Under the pieces are notes generated by a model. That model searched no databases. It was not told where the DNA came from and was given only the letters and a program-made list of their open reading frames with translations. A stretch of 38,324 nucleotides of DNA from Pyrobaculum sp. (GTDB taxonomy: Archaea; Thermoproteota; Thermoprotei; Thermoproteales; Thermoproteaceae): contig JBKBOT010000005.1 in NCBI GenBank assembly GCA_046293555.1, positions 38,894-77,217 of the forward strand. Reading direction: 5' to 3'. The position numbers were made by a program, and so were the translations under genes. Shown here piece after piece: positions 23,785 through 32,402 of the stretch (position 1 is its first letter; each line of letters opens with the position of its first letter).

Positions 23785-26706
23785 ATGGCTTTTGAGCTAA
23801 GTGCGACGTATAATCCCCATACGGTAGAGAGACGTGTGGCCGAGTTTTGGGATAGATACAAGATATTTGAGAAGTGGAAGTCTTGGCGGGGGGGCCCCAA
23901 GTTTTCTTTCCTAGAGGGCCCCCCCACTACAAACGGGATGCCGCATGTAGGCCACATAAGAGGTAGGACGTATAAAGACGTGGCGCTTCGTCTCTACAGG
24001 CTTTTAGGTTATGACGTGTGGTGTCAAGGCGGTTGGGACATGCAGGGAATGCCCGTAGAGTGGGAAGTAGAGAAAAGGCTAAAGCTAAGGAGCAAGAAAG
24101 AAATTGAGCAATACGGCGTGGAGAAATTTGCCCTAGAGTGCAACGCGTTGGTAGACAAATACTTGGCACAATGGCAAGAGTGGGGCACCAGGCGGCTGGG
24201 GCTTTGGCTTGACCTAGAGAACGCCTATGAGACCAGACAGCCCCGCTATCTTGAATACGCCTGGCGTGTAGTAAAGAGGGCACACGAAAAGGGCTTGTTG
24301 GCAGAGGACTACAGGGTGTTGTGGACTTGCCCCAGATGTGAGACCGCGTTGAGTGACCACGAGGTAGCGTTGGGGTACGAGGAGAGAGAAGACCCATCTA
24401 TATACGTCAAGTTTAAAGTTGGGGAGGGGGAGTACCTCATAATTTGGACCACAACGCCATGGACTATTGTAGATAATGAGGCTGTGGCAGTACATCCCCA
24501 CTACAGTTACGCCAAGGTGGAGGTAGGAGAAGAACGTTGGTGGGTCGCCGAGCCGCTTGTCGCAAGAGTGATGGAACTCGCCGGCGTGAAAGAGTGGAAA
24601 ACTGTAGAGACTAGAAGTGGGAGAGAGCTAGAGGGGCTTGAGTACCTCCACCCGCTTGTGGAAGAGGTGCCCGAGAGGGGGGAAAGACCGCATAAAGTAG
24701 TTACGGCAGAGTTCGTCACGTTGGAACAAGGCACGGGGCTTGTCCACATTGCCCCCGGGCACGGCCCTGAGGACTTCGAGGTGGCGAAAAGATATGGGCT
24801 GAGGATCACAAACAGCGTGGAGATAAACGGCGTTTATAACGAGCTTGGGGGGAAATACCGCGGGAAATACGTCCATGAGGTAGATAGAGAGGTGGTAGAA
24901 GACTTACGTAAGAAGGGCTTGTTAGTATATGAGGGCAAAATAAGGCATGAGTATCCACACTGTTGGCGATGTGGGACAAAGCTGATATTAAGGGCGGACC
25001 GCCAGTGGTTTATCGCCATCTCGAAAATTCGAGACAAGATGTATTCAGAACTACAGAAGGTAAACGTGGTGCCACAAAAGCTGAGAGATAGATTTGATAT
25101 ATTTGTAAAAAATGCCAGAGACTGGAATATCAGCAGGAGTAGGATATGGGGAACGCCGCTGCCCATATGGCGTTGTAAAAAAGACGGCAGAGTGCTGGTG
25201 GTGGGCTCTATCGACGAGTTGAAACGCCTGGCGGGAGAGCTGCCGCCTGTAGATGACTTCAAGTTAGTACACCGCCCCTGGATAGATAGGGTGGTGTTAA
25301 AAACTGAGGACTGTGAGGAGTGGGTTAGAGAGCCCTACGTCATGGACGTGTGGCTTGACAGCGGGGTGGCCTGGATAGCGGCAGTAGATGGAGAAAGAGA
25401 TGTAGAGCTGTGGAAAAGGCTGTTTCCCTACGATTTCGTAACCGAGGGGATAGACCAGACGAGAGGCTGGTTTTACTCCCTCCTCGCCTCCTCCGTCTTG
25501 TATACAGAAATGGCGCCATATAGGACGGTGCTTATCCAAGGCCTTATTTTAGACAGAGAGGGGCAAAAGATGTCTAAAAGCAGGGGTAACGTGATTTGGG
25601 CAAAAGACCTCTTTGAGAAATATGGCGCAGACCCCGTGAGGCTATACATACTCTCAAAGGCGGCGCCATGGGAGGACTTGGCCTTTGACCCAGACGAGAT
25701 AAGACACGTCGTCAGTGATCTCAACATATTGTGGAATGTGGCCAAGTTTGCAGATACCTACATGTCTCTAGACAACTTTACTACAGATAGATATCCGTTA
25801 GGCCAGTGGATAGACAAGACCCTTGAGGAGGACAGATGGCTATTGGCCGAGCTAAACAAGCTGACGGCAGAATATGTGGAATATCTCAAAAGCTTTGAGT
25901 TCCACCATGCGGCTAACCGCTGGAGGCACTTCATCGTGGAGACTTTAAGCCATAGATACGTCAGGCTGCTCAGACGGCGGGTGTGGGCCGAAGAGGCGGC
26001 TCCAGATAAATACGCCGCCTATGCTGTGTTACACCACGTGATAAAAAACGTGTTAATTCTTGGAAGCGTCTTGGTGCCCTTCGTTACAGAATACCTATGG
26101 CAGACATATGTAAAGAGATATGAAAGAGATGCCGCCGAGTCTGTACACTTGGCGCAATACCCAACGCCGGCCCCCGTCGACCAGAGGCTTATAGAGATAT
26201 ACGATGAGTTATTCACGGCGTTTTCCACACTGGCCGAGGCTAGAAATAAGGCTGGGATAAAGCTCAGGTGGCCTATAGGAGAGGCCTATATAAACGGCGC
26301 TAAGTATCTAGAACATTACAGAGAGTTGCTACAATATCTGGGAAACGTAAAGGAGGTCAAGACAGGCCTCTGTCCAGATAGCTACATAAAAGCTGGAGGA
26401 CAGATTGAGGTATGTATACCAGACAAGTTAGAGCTCGAGCTATACCACGAGGCGCTGGCGAGAGAGCTAGTGAGAAGGATACAAGTCTTGAGGAAAGAAG
26501 CTGGACTAGCCATAAACGACACCATTAAGGTGGTAATTGAGACAAGTTCAGAGGAGATAAGAAAATCTGTGGAGACGTTCCGTAGGTACGTCATGCAGGA
26601 GACTAGGGCCGTGTCTATAGAGCTCGCCACTGCCGAAGGCGGCAGGGAGTGGGACATATCTGGAGAAAAGGTGAGGATAAAGATTGAAAAAATGTCAGCA
26701 GAGTAG
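23785..26706 (+). CDS. ileS: Isoleucine--tRNA ligase (type 2, archaeal/eukaryotic-like)
   Basis: EGPPTTNGMPHVGH, GWDMQGMPVE, WTTTPWT, GTGLVHIAP, DWNISRSR, EGIDQTRGWF, KMSKS. Start ATG 23785 (23767 possible). Confidence 0.96.
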   Translation: MAFELSATYNPHTVERRVAEFWDRYKIFEKWKSWRGGPKFSFLEGPPTTNGMPHVGHIRGRTYKDVALRLYRLLGYDVWCQGGWDMQGMPVEWEVEKRLKLRSKKEIEQYGVEKFALECNALVDKYLAQWQEWGTRRLGLWLDLENAYETRQPRYLEYAWRVVKRAHEKGLLAEDYRVLWTCPRCETALSDHEVALGYEEREDPSIYVKFKVGEGEYLIIWTTTPWTIVDNEAVAVHPHYSYAKVEVGEERWWVAEPLVARVMELAGVKEWKTVETRSGRELEGLEYLHPLVEEVPERGERPHKVVTAEFVTLEQGTGLVHIAPGHGPEDFEVAKRYGLRITNSVEINGVYNELGGKYRGKYVHEVDREVVEDLRKKGLLVYEGKIRHEYPHCWRCGTKLILRADRQWFIAISKIRDKMYSELQKVNVVPQKLRDRFDIFVKNARDWNISRSRIWGTPLPIWRCKKDGRVLVVGSIDELKRLAGELPPVDDFKLVHRPWIDRVVLKTEDCEEWVREPYVMDVWLDSGVAWIAAVDGERDVELWKRLFPYDFVTEGIDQTRGWFYSLLASSVLYTEMAPYRTVLIQGLILDREGQKMSKSRGNVIWAKDLFEKYGADPVRLYILSKAAPWEDLAFDPDEIRHVVSDLNILWNVAKFADTYMSLDNFTTDRYPLGQWIDKTLEEDRWLLAELNKLTAEYVEYLKSFEFHHAANRWRHFIVETLSHRYVRLLRRRVWAEEAAPDKYAAYAVLHHVIKNVLILGSVLVPFVTEYLWQTYVKRYERDAAESVHLAQYPTPAPVDQRLIEIYDELFTAFSTLAEARNKAGIKLRWPIGEAYINGAKYLEHYRELLQYLGNVKEVKTGLCPDSYIKAGGQIEVCIPDKLELELYHEALARELVRRIQVLRKEAGLAINDTIKVVIETSSEEIRKSVETFRRYVMQETRAVSIELATAEGGREWDISGEKVRIKIEKMSAE

Positions 26707-26746
26707 GGGCCTCTTCACCAGTCGCCATAGAACCACCACATCACGT
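26693..26746 (-). ncRNA. C/D box sRNA candidate (minus strand)
   Basis: C box GTGATGT (26744-26738), 12-nt guide GGTGGTTCTATG, D' GCGA, C' GTGAAGA, 13-nt guide GGCCCCTACTCTG, D box CTGA (26698-26695). TTTTTAAC about 19 nt upstream. Confidence 0.72.
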
Positions 26747-26770
26747 ATATAAATTTCCATGTTGTTAAAA

Positions 26771-26823
26771 ACGTGATGATGACGACCGCTAGAGACCAAT
26801 GACAGGGGTATGCAGCGCTGATT
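26771..26823 (+). ncRNA. C/D box sRNA candidate (plus strand)
   Basis: C box GTGATGA (26773-26779), degenerate D' (TAGA/GAGA) and C' ATGACAG (26799-26805), 12-nt guide GGGTATGCAGCG, D box CTGA (26818-26821). TATATAAA at 26746-26753. Confidence 0.68.
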
Positions 26824-27983
26824 CGTGTCTCAGATATCTAACGGCCTCACTTCTGGCTATATTTCTGGCAATATTTCTATACCAGACGTTTCAAATAGCC
26901 ACACTACCTGGCTCAGACGGACTGCCGGCAGGCCTTGGCTATATTAGCGACGAGGTTTGGTATGTCTCAGCCGCGCGAAATATCCTCCACGACTTCTTCA
27001 AGACGCCAGCCGCCTCGCAGTATTATACCACCACAGAGAGCTGTATAGCTGGCGGGACTGTTGTGAAGAGATATAGCCACATAGATGTGGCGACTGTCGA
27101 GGGAGACGTCACTTGTTACACAAGGCGTGGATATCCCTACCCAGATAGGGAGGGCATACTTAATTACTACAACTTGGAACATCCGCCTCTCGTTAAGTAC
27201 ATACTGGCGGCCGTGTTGGCGACAAGAGACGAGCCTTTTTTCTGGCGGCTTCCCTCCATGGCCGTGGGGGCCGCCACGTTGTTGTTAGTATATCTAGCCG
27301 CAAGGAGGCTTGCGGGGAGGCTATGGGCCCTGGCGGCATGCGGCTTGATGTTACTAGACCGCACCTTTGTGGCTATGTCGAGCGTCGCGATGTTGGACAT
27401 ATACCTAGCCTTTTTCACAGCCCTCCTGGCCTACATGTACCCAAGGCCTCTGGCTGTGGGGACAGCGCTTGGGCTGGCAGCCTCTGTGAAATACTCCGGC
27501 CTCTTCCCCATATTTGGGCTCACATATCTCTACGCCAGGTGGAACATGTGGCATCTCTTAGCCGTGAGTCTAGCCGCGGCCTCCATATTCCTATTGGTAA
27601 ACATGCCGATAGCAATACAGCTCGGCTTGGGCAGGTGGATACATGAAATACAGGCCGCCATCTCTTGGCACACTACCTCCAGGCCGCCGGGGCCTACGGC
27701 ATCTAGCCCACTTGACTGGCTGATTATGCGTAACAACTTTGCGCTATATTTAAATCCAGATATATACGCCGGCGGCACGCTTGTCTATCTCGTCGCCTTG
27801 ATTTATGCGGCATATAGACGGGATGATTTGTCTATACTTTATCTCTCCACATATGGCGGATATTGGCTAGTATATGCCGCCGGTAACCACACGCTTTACT
27901 CTTTCTACACCGCCCACTTCTCCCCCCTGGCGCATATAGTGCTAGCCAGGTTTTTACACCACCTTACAGCCCGTAGAGGCTAG
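26799..27983 (+). CDS. GT-C fold glycosyltransferase (GT39/PMT-like)
   Basis: TM1 followed by 'SDEVWY', 'EHPPLVK', WRLPS, 'MLD', 'KYSG', about 10 TM. Start uncertain. Confidence 0.83.
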   Translation: MTGVCSADSCLRYLTASLLAIFLAIFLYQTFQIATLPGSDGLPAGLGYISDEVWYVSAARNILHDFFKTPAASQYYTTTESCIAGGTVVKRYSHIDVATVEGDVTCYTRRGYPYPDREGILNYYNLEHPPLVKYILAAVLATRDEPFFWRLPSMAVGAATLLLVYLAARRLAGRLWALAACGLMLLDRTFVAMSSVAMLDIYLAFFTALLAYMYPRPLAVGTALGLAASVKYSGLFPIFGLTYLYARWNMWHLLAVSLAAASIFLLVNMPIAIQLGLGRWIHEIQAAISWHTTSRPPGPTASSPLDWLIMRNNFALYLNPDIYAGGTLVYLVALIYAAYRRDDLSILYLSTYGGYWLVYAAGNHTLYSFYTAHFSPLAHIVLARFLHHLTARRG

Positions 27984-28330
27984 CCTTTTGGCTCTCCATG
28001 TATCTTAGAGAGCCTTTCATATATGTCAAGCAGTAGGGCCATAGACCTCAGGTGGTCCACCATCTCAGAGGCCTCCATGTTTTCAATCTGTTTGCCTAGC
28101 TGTAGAATTTTGTCAAATATTATCCTCCTGACTTCCCGCAGTTGTACCACCTCTAGGGCTTGTTGCGCCTCCTCCTCGCTTTTTACTAACACCACAGTGC
28201 GCTCACAGTTGGCGCAATACAGCTCTCCCGTCTTTAGCCGTACTAAGACTGTGCCACATGCTGGACATGTATATGAGGTCAACGCCGCGCCGGCTCTAAC
28301 TAGCTGCGCGATTTTTTTCACTACGTCCAT
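27980..28330 (-). CDS. UPF0148 / SSSCA1 (Auto_anti-p27)-like Zn-ribbon protein
   Basis: 'KKIAQLVRAGAALTSYTCPACGTVL...GELYCANC'. Start 28330 or 28336 avoids overlap with the kinase gene. Confidence 0.82.
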   Translation of the reverse strand: MDVVKKIAQLVRAGAALTSYTCPACGTVLVRLKTGELYCANCERTVVLVKSEEEAQQALEVVQLREVRRIIFDKILQLGKQIENMEASEMVDHLRSMALLLDIYERLSKIHGEPKG

Positions 28331-28395
28331 ATACATGGGGGAGATGTGCAATAAAAATATGTCTGCGCTTTTATAGCCAATCTCTCCCCTCCAAC

Positions 28396-29073
28396 ATGGA
28401 TGTGACATATATGCTTTTGTTAACCATAGGAGGGGGGTTAAGACATGTGTTGGAGGTATATAGACAGCTGGAGTGGCTCCAGCTGGAGTTAATTCCAGGG
28501 GGTGGAGTTTTACTAAATGGCATACATGTAGTGGGGAAGGGTACAAACAGCGTGGTTTTTATGTGTAGACCTTCTATAGGCAGCTTTCTACTTGTCTGTA
28601 AAATCAGGCGGGGCGACTCCGCCAGGCCCTCACTTGCGGGAGAGGGACAGTTTCTACATATAGCTAACTCCGTCGGCGTGGGGCCTAGGCTATATGTCTA
28701 CAGTAGAGATGTGGTGGCGTATGAACACATAGACGGCGTGCCGTTAGAGAGGTGGTGGGGCGCCGCCCAGCCAGGCGAGAAGAGAAAAGTTGTACAACAG
28801 CTACTTACCCAGGCCTATATGTTAGACAAGGTGGGTATTTCTCACAACGAGTTGGCTAGACTGGAGAGACATGTGTTAGTAAGGGGGGACATACCCACAG
28901 TTATAGACTTTGAGTCTACAACATTGGGCGGGGGGAATAACGTCACGCAGGTAGCTAACGGCTTGAGGCGCCTCGGCCTTAAGCCCCCAGTAGAGGCGTT
29001 GAGGAGATACAAGAGGTGTATATGCGAGGAAGAGTTTAGAAACGTCTTACTGCTTTTCCTTAGCCAGCTCTAA
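28396..29073 (+). CDS. Atypical Ser/Thr kinase (COG2112, RIO/Bud32-related)
   Basis: GKGTNSVV glycine loop, KIRR, ANSVGVGPRL, HNEL, IDFES. Confidence 0.78.
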   Translation: MDVTYMLLLTIGGGLRHVLEVYRQLEWLQLELIPGGGVLLNGIHVVGKGTNSVVFMCRPSIGSFLLVCKIRRGDSARPSLAGEGQFLHIANSVGVGPRLYVYSRDVVAYEHIDGVPLERWWGAAQPGEKRKVVQQLLTQAYMLDKVGISHNELARLERHVLVRGDIPTVIDFESTTLGGGNNVTQVANGLRRLGLKPPVEALRRYKRCICEEEFRNVLLLFLSQL

Positions 29074-29565
29074 AGAGGCGTGCCACACCTTGTCGCCAAG
29101 GTGGTGGAGGTTTATAAACACCTTGCCTTTCTGCATCTGTTCTATCTCCTTTTTGTCAAAAAGCGCATAGGTGACAGCAATTACGCGGTCTTTTTCGTCA
29201 ACTATAAGCACCACATCACCCTTTTTAAAATCTCCGGAGATTTGCCTCACGCCAGGCCTCATGACGTCTGCCCCATTGACAATAGGCTTAACTGCCCCCA
29301 CGTCCACTTGGGCCTTTGGGTACTGTGGGAGGAGTTTGTTTTTTTGAGACTTGTGTATTAAAAACAGGGTGGGTATTGCCAACTCCCCTAACTCTCTATG
29401 CACAACTCTTAGAAATAGGGGCTCGCCGTCGACAAGATAAAGCCACCTGTCTTCACCAACTTGCGCCACCTCTACCACATCTGCCTCTTCTAAAATAGGC
29501 GACATGAAGCTATAGACCTCCCGAAGTTCTCTCACATCTTTGTTACTTAGTCTCACCCGCCTCAC
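29047..29565 (-). CDS. PUA-domain RNA-binding protein (COG2016, Tma20/MCT-1-like)
   Basis: LSNKD, IPTL, VDVGAVKPIVNGADVMRPG, HHLGDKVW. GTG start at 29565. Confidence 0.87.
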   Translation of the reverse strand: MRRVRLSNKDVRELREVYSFMSPILEEADVVEVAQVGEDRWLYLVDGEPLFLRVVHRELGELAIPTLFLIHKSQKNKLLPQYPKAQVDVGAVKPIVNGADVMRPGVRQISGDFKKGDVVLIVDEKDRVIAVTYALFDKKEIEQMQKGKVFINLHHLGDKVWHASLELAKEKQ

Positions 29566-29650
29566 GAAACAAAATAGTGATATTAATATATTCAAGCGGT
29601 GACAACTCCTAAGTGAAAGAGTTTTTAACCTAGAAAAACATATATACGAA

Positions 29651-30397
29651 ATGAAGCTGCTCGAGACTACTTTAAACATCGTGAAGAGTAGGGGGGAGCA
29701 GCTATTTCTAGATACCTCCAGAACTTATGCCTATACTCTACTGGCCAAATTTGGCGACGAGAAATATTTTGTCCGGGTGTCCCCCGATGTGGAACAGATA
29801 GATAACGCCTCTTTAAAAGACCTAAAAATACTCTCGCAGTTTACTAACACCTCCGCCATCTGTATCGTCTCTAGCATAAGGGGGAGGATCCTCCAGAGGG
29901 GGCTATTCTACCTAAAAAACAACGTGGCCTTTGTCTCTCTAGCCACCTTTATCGACATTCTAGACAACAGGCCGCCAGCCTTTAGGTTGAGCCGCGGCGT
30001 AATTATCGCCGCGGTAGATGGGAAGAAGTTGAGAGAAAAGAGGGAAGAAAGTAGAATGAGCCTCAGCGCGTTGGCTTCAAGACTCGGCGTCTCTAGAGAG
30101 ACTGTATATCGATACGAGAGGGAGGAGGTAGAGGCCCCAATTAAGGTGGCGCAAAAGCTGGTGTCAATGTTTGGCGACGAGGTGATTAAAAAGTTGGAAA
30201 TCAACAAGCCTGAAGTAAGCCCAGAAGAGATAAGGAGTAGAGAGGTTGACGCCGGCGTCTATAGGCTTGTGGAGTCTCACCCAGACGCCGTGAGAGCTGA
30301 GGAGAAGGTATTATTTATCTCCACCAACGCGGAGAAATATGAAAAAACCGTAGAGCTGGCCAACGCCTTGGGTATAGAGGTGGAGAGAAGTGGATGA
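29651..30397 (+). CDS. HTH-type transcriptional regulator (COG1395-like, central XRE HTH)
   Basis: 'RGVIIAAVDGKKLREKREESRMSLSALASRLGVSRETVYRYER'. Confidence 0.82.
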   Translation: MKLLETTLNIVKSRGEQLFLDTSRTYAYTLLAKFGDEKYFVRVSPDVEQIDNASLKDLKILSQFTNTSAICIVSSIRGRILQRGLFYLKNNVAFVSLATFIDILDNRPPAFRLSRGVIIAAVDGKKLREKREESRMSLSALASRLGVSRETVYRYEREEVEAPIKVAQKLVSMFGDEVIKKLEINKPEVSPEEIRSREVDAGVYRLVESHPDAVRAEEKVLFISTNAEKYEKTVELANALGIEVERSG

Positions 30398-31523
30398 CTT
30401 TGTCTTAGGTAGAGAGGGACAGACCTCTATCTACGTCCCCAACTTGAGGAAATATAGTCTCTACTCCGCCCCCGTCTTTTATAACCCCGCTATGGAGAAA
30501 AATAGGACTCTCTCCGTGTTGTTACTTAAGGCCATGGGGGGGAGCGGCTTGACTATATGTGAGCCTCTGGCGGGCACCGGCGTGCGTGGGGTCAGATATG
30601 CCGTTGAGAGCGGGGCCGTGGGCAGGCTGGTCCTTAACGACATCTCGAAAAGAGCTGTAGAGATAATACGAAAAAACCTGGCGCTAAATGGGGTAGAGGG
30701 AGAGGTCTACAACGAAGACGCCGGCGTTTTGTTACTTAAGCTACGGGGCAGGTGCGACATGGTGGATATAGACCCCTTTGGCTCCCCGGCGCCATATCTA
30801 CAGGCGGCATTTAGGGCAGTAAGAGAAGAGGGCATTATATGCGCCACGGCTACAGACACGGCAGTCCTCGCTGGGAGATACCAGAGGAAGTGCCTACGGC
30901 GTTATGGCTCTGTCATACAAAAAACCCCCTTCTACATAGAGGTGGGGGTACGAAATCTACTTGGCTACATGGCTAGAGTAGCCGCCTCGGAGGACTACGC
31001 CATATATCCCCTCTTCTCCTACTGGGAGGGACATTACTTTAGGACATGTGTCCACGTGGAGAGCGGGGCTAGAGATGCAGACGACATGTTGTCTAAAATA
31101 GGCCATGTGGAGTACCTAAGGGGCGTCAGAAGGGCGAGGCGGCGGCCCACTGGCCACACCTCCGGTCCTCTGTGGGTCGGGGCGCTGGGGGACCCTCTTG
31201 TAGTAAATAAGATGTCGCAATTTGGGCCCCATGGCGATTTCTTAAGCCTACTTGAGGGAGAGTACGCTGTTGACACTCCGTGGTTTTTCAGGCTGGCGGA
31301 ATTTGCGGTAGAGGGGAAAAGCCCCACCTTAGGCGAGGCCCTCCTGTCTTTAAGAAAGTCTGGCGTATATGCGGTACGTACACATATGGCCAGTGACGGC
31401 TTTAAGACAGAGGCCAGCTATGGCGAAGTGAGAAGAGTTTTAAAAGACCACCCACGGGCTGGAGATGGCCAAAAGGATAATGGTGGCGGGGCTGCCGGGC
31501 AGTGGAAAAACTACAGTGGCTAA
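30390..31523 (+). CDS. trm1: tRNA (guanine-26-N2)-dimethyltransferase
   Basis: PVFYNP, LAGTGVRGVRY, NDIS, DIDPFGSP, TATD, GPLWVG, RTH. Confidence 0.93.
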   Translation: MDDFVLGREGQTSIYVPNLRKYSLYSAPVFYNPAMEKNRTLSVLLLKAMGGSGLTICEPLAGTGVRGVRYAVESGAVGRLVLNDISKRAVEIIRKNLALNGVEGEVYNEDAGVLLLKLRGRCDMVDIDPFGSPAPYLQAAFRAVREEGIICATATDTAVLAGRYQRKCLRRYGSVIQKTPFYIEVGVRNLLGYMARVAASEDYAIYPLFSYWEGHYFRTCVHVESGARDADDMLSKIGHVEYLRGVRRARRRPTGHTSGPLWVGALGDPLVVNKMSQFGPHGDFLSLLEGEYAVDTPWFFRLAEFAVEGKSPTLGEALLSLRKSGVYAVRTHMASDGFKTEASYGEVRRVLKDHPRAGDGQKDNGGGAAGQWKNYSG

Positions 31524-31974
31524 AATAATAGAGGGGTGGGGGTATGCCTATTATAACCTAGGCGACGTGGTGAGAGAAGAAGCCTCTAGAGCCGGCCTCC
31601 CTCCAGACAGGGTGGCGGTAACACTACGGCTAGAGGTAGGGAAGAGGGCTGTGGCTAAGCGACTTCTAGAGAGGGTTGGAGGAGATAGGGTGGTGGTCGA
31701 CGGCGTGAGGAGTTTAGAGGAGGTAGAGGCCATTGAGGAGGCCTTGGGGGAGGCCGCGCTCATATATGTAGTTGCCTCACGTAAGACGCGGTACCTACGG
31801 CTTGTAGAGAGAAAAAGAGCTGACGACCCCTCTACCTACAGCCACTTCTTGATAAGAGACTTGCGTGAGTTAAGATTTGGGCTGGCTGAGCTGCTAGCCA
31901 GGGCTGACTACATACTTGTAAATGAAAACAAGACTGTTAAAGATATAGAGCGGGAGATATCTCTATTGTTATGA
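31465..31974 (+). CDS. UPF0200/COG0237 P-loop nucleotide kinase (dephospho-CoA kinase-like)
   Basis: GLPGSGKT, GDVVREE, VDGVRS..E, R..R...R.DD, RD..EL..G. Confidence 0.85.
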   Translation: MAKRIMVAGLPGSGKTTVAKIIEGWGYAYYNLGDVVREEASRAGLPPDRVAVTLRLEVGKRAVAKRLLERVGGDRVVVDGVRSLEEVEAIEEALGEAALIYVVASRKTRYLRLVERKRADDPSTYSHFLIRDLRELRFGLAELLARADYILVNENKTVKDIEREISLLL

Positions 31975-32402
31975 AGGTAGAGGCCGTAGTTGAGGTGAGA
32001 TATACTGAAGATAAGTCAAAGGTGCTTAAAGCTTTGGAAAATGTCTACACGCCTACAGCAATTCGAGAAGAGCCCAGCGAGTCCGGCGTCGTGCTTATTG
32101 CCTCCTGCGAGGGCCATGGCTGTATAGAAAAACTTAAAAACGCCATATGGCGGCAGGGGATACAAGACGCCGCCAGGTCTGTAATCTCTAGAGGCGTTGT
32201 GGGAGAAGACACGGTAACTTTTTCTATCAACAAACAGGCTGCCTATGTGGGGGTAGTCAGTTTTGTCACAGAGCCAGGCGAGTCGCCGTTAGGACCCATC
32301 ACTTTTACCATAAAGACTGGAAACGTGAGGCAGCTTATAGACTGGATGGCTCCACGTACTTACAGAGGGAGGGTGTATTACCAAGCCCCCCCTCCCGACT
32401 AG
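31971..32402 (+). CDS. UPF0201/COG1931 putative RNA-binding protein
   Basis: TED..KV..AL.N, I.DAAR, NKQAAYVG, SPLGPI, IDW.AP.T. ATGA overlap. Confidence 0.88.
   Translation: MKVEAVVEVRYTEDKSKVLKALENVYTPTAIREEPSESGVVLIASCEGHGCIEKLKNAIWRQGIQDAARSVISRGVVGEDTVTFSINKQAAYVGVVSFVTEPGESPLGPITFTIKTGNVRQLIDWMAPRTYRGRVYYQAPPPD

Noticed and set aside
28337-29679. Long N-terminal extensions of the UPF0148 (to 28546) and PUA (to 29679) ORFs
   Set aside because: They overlap divergent genes, and family motifs begin at 28330 and 29565.
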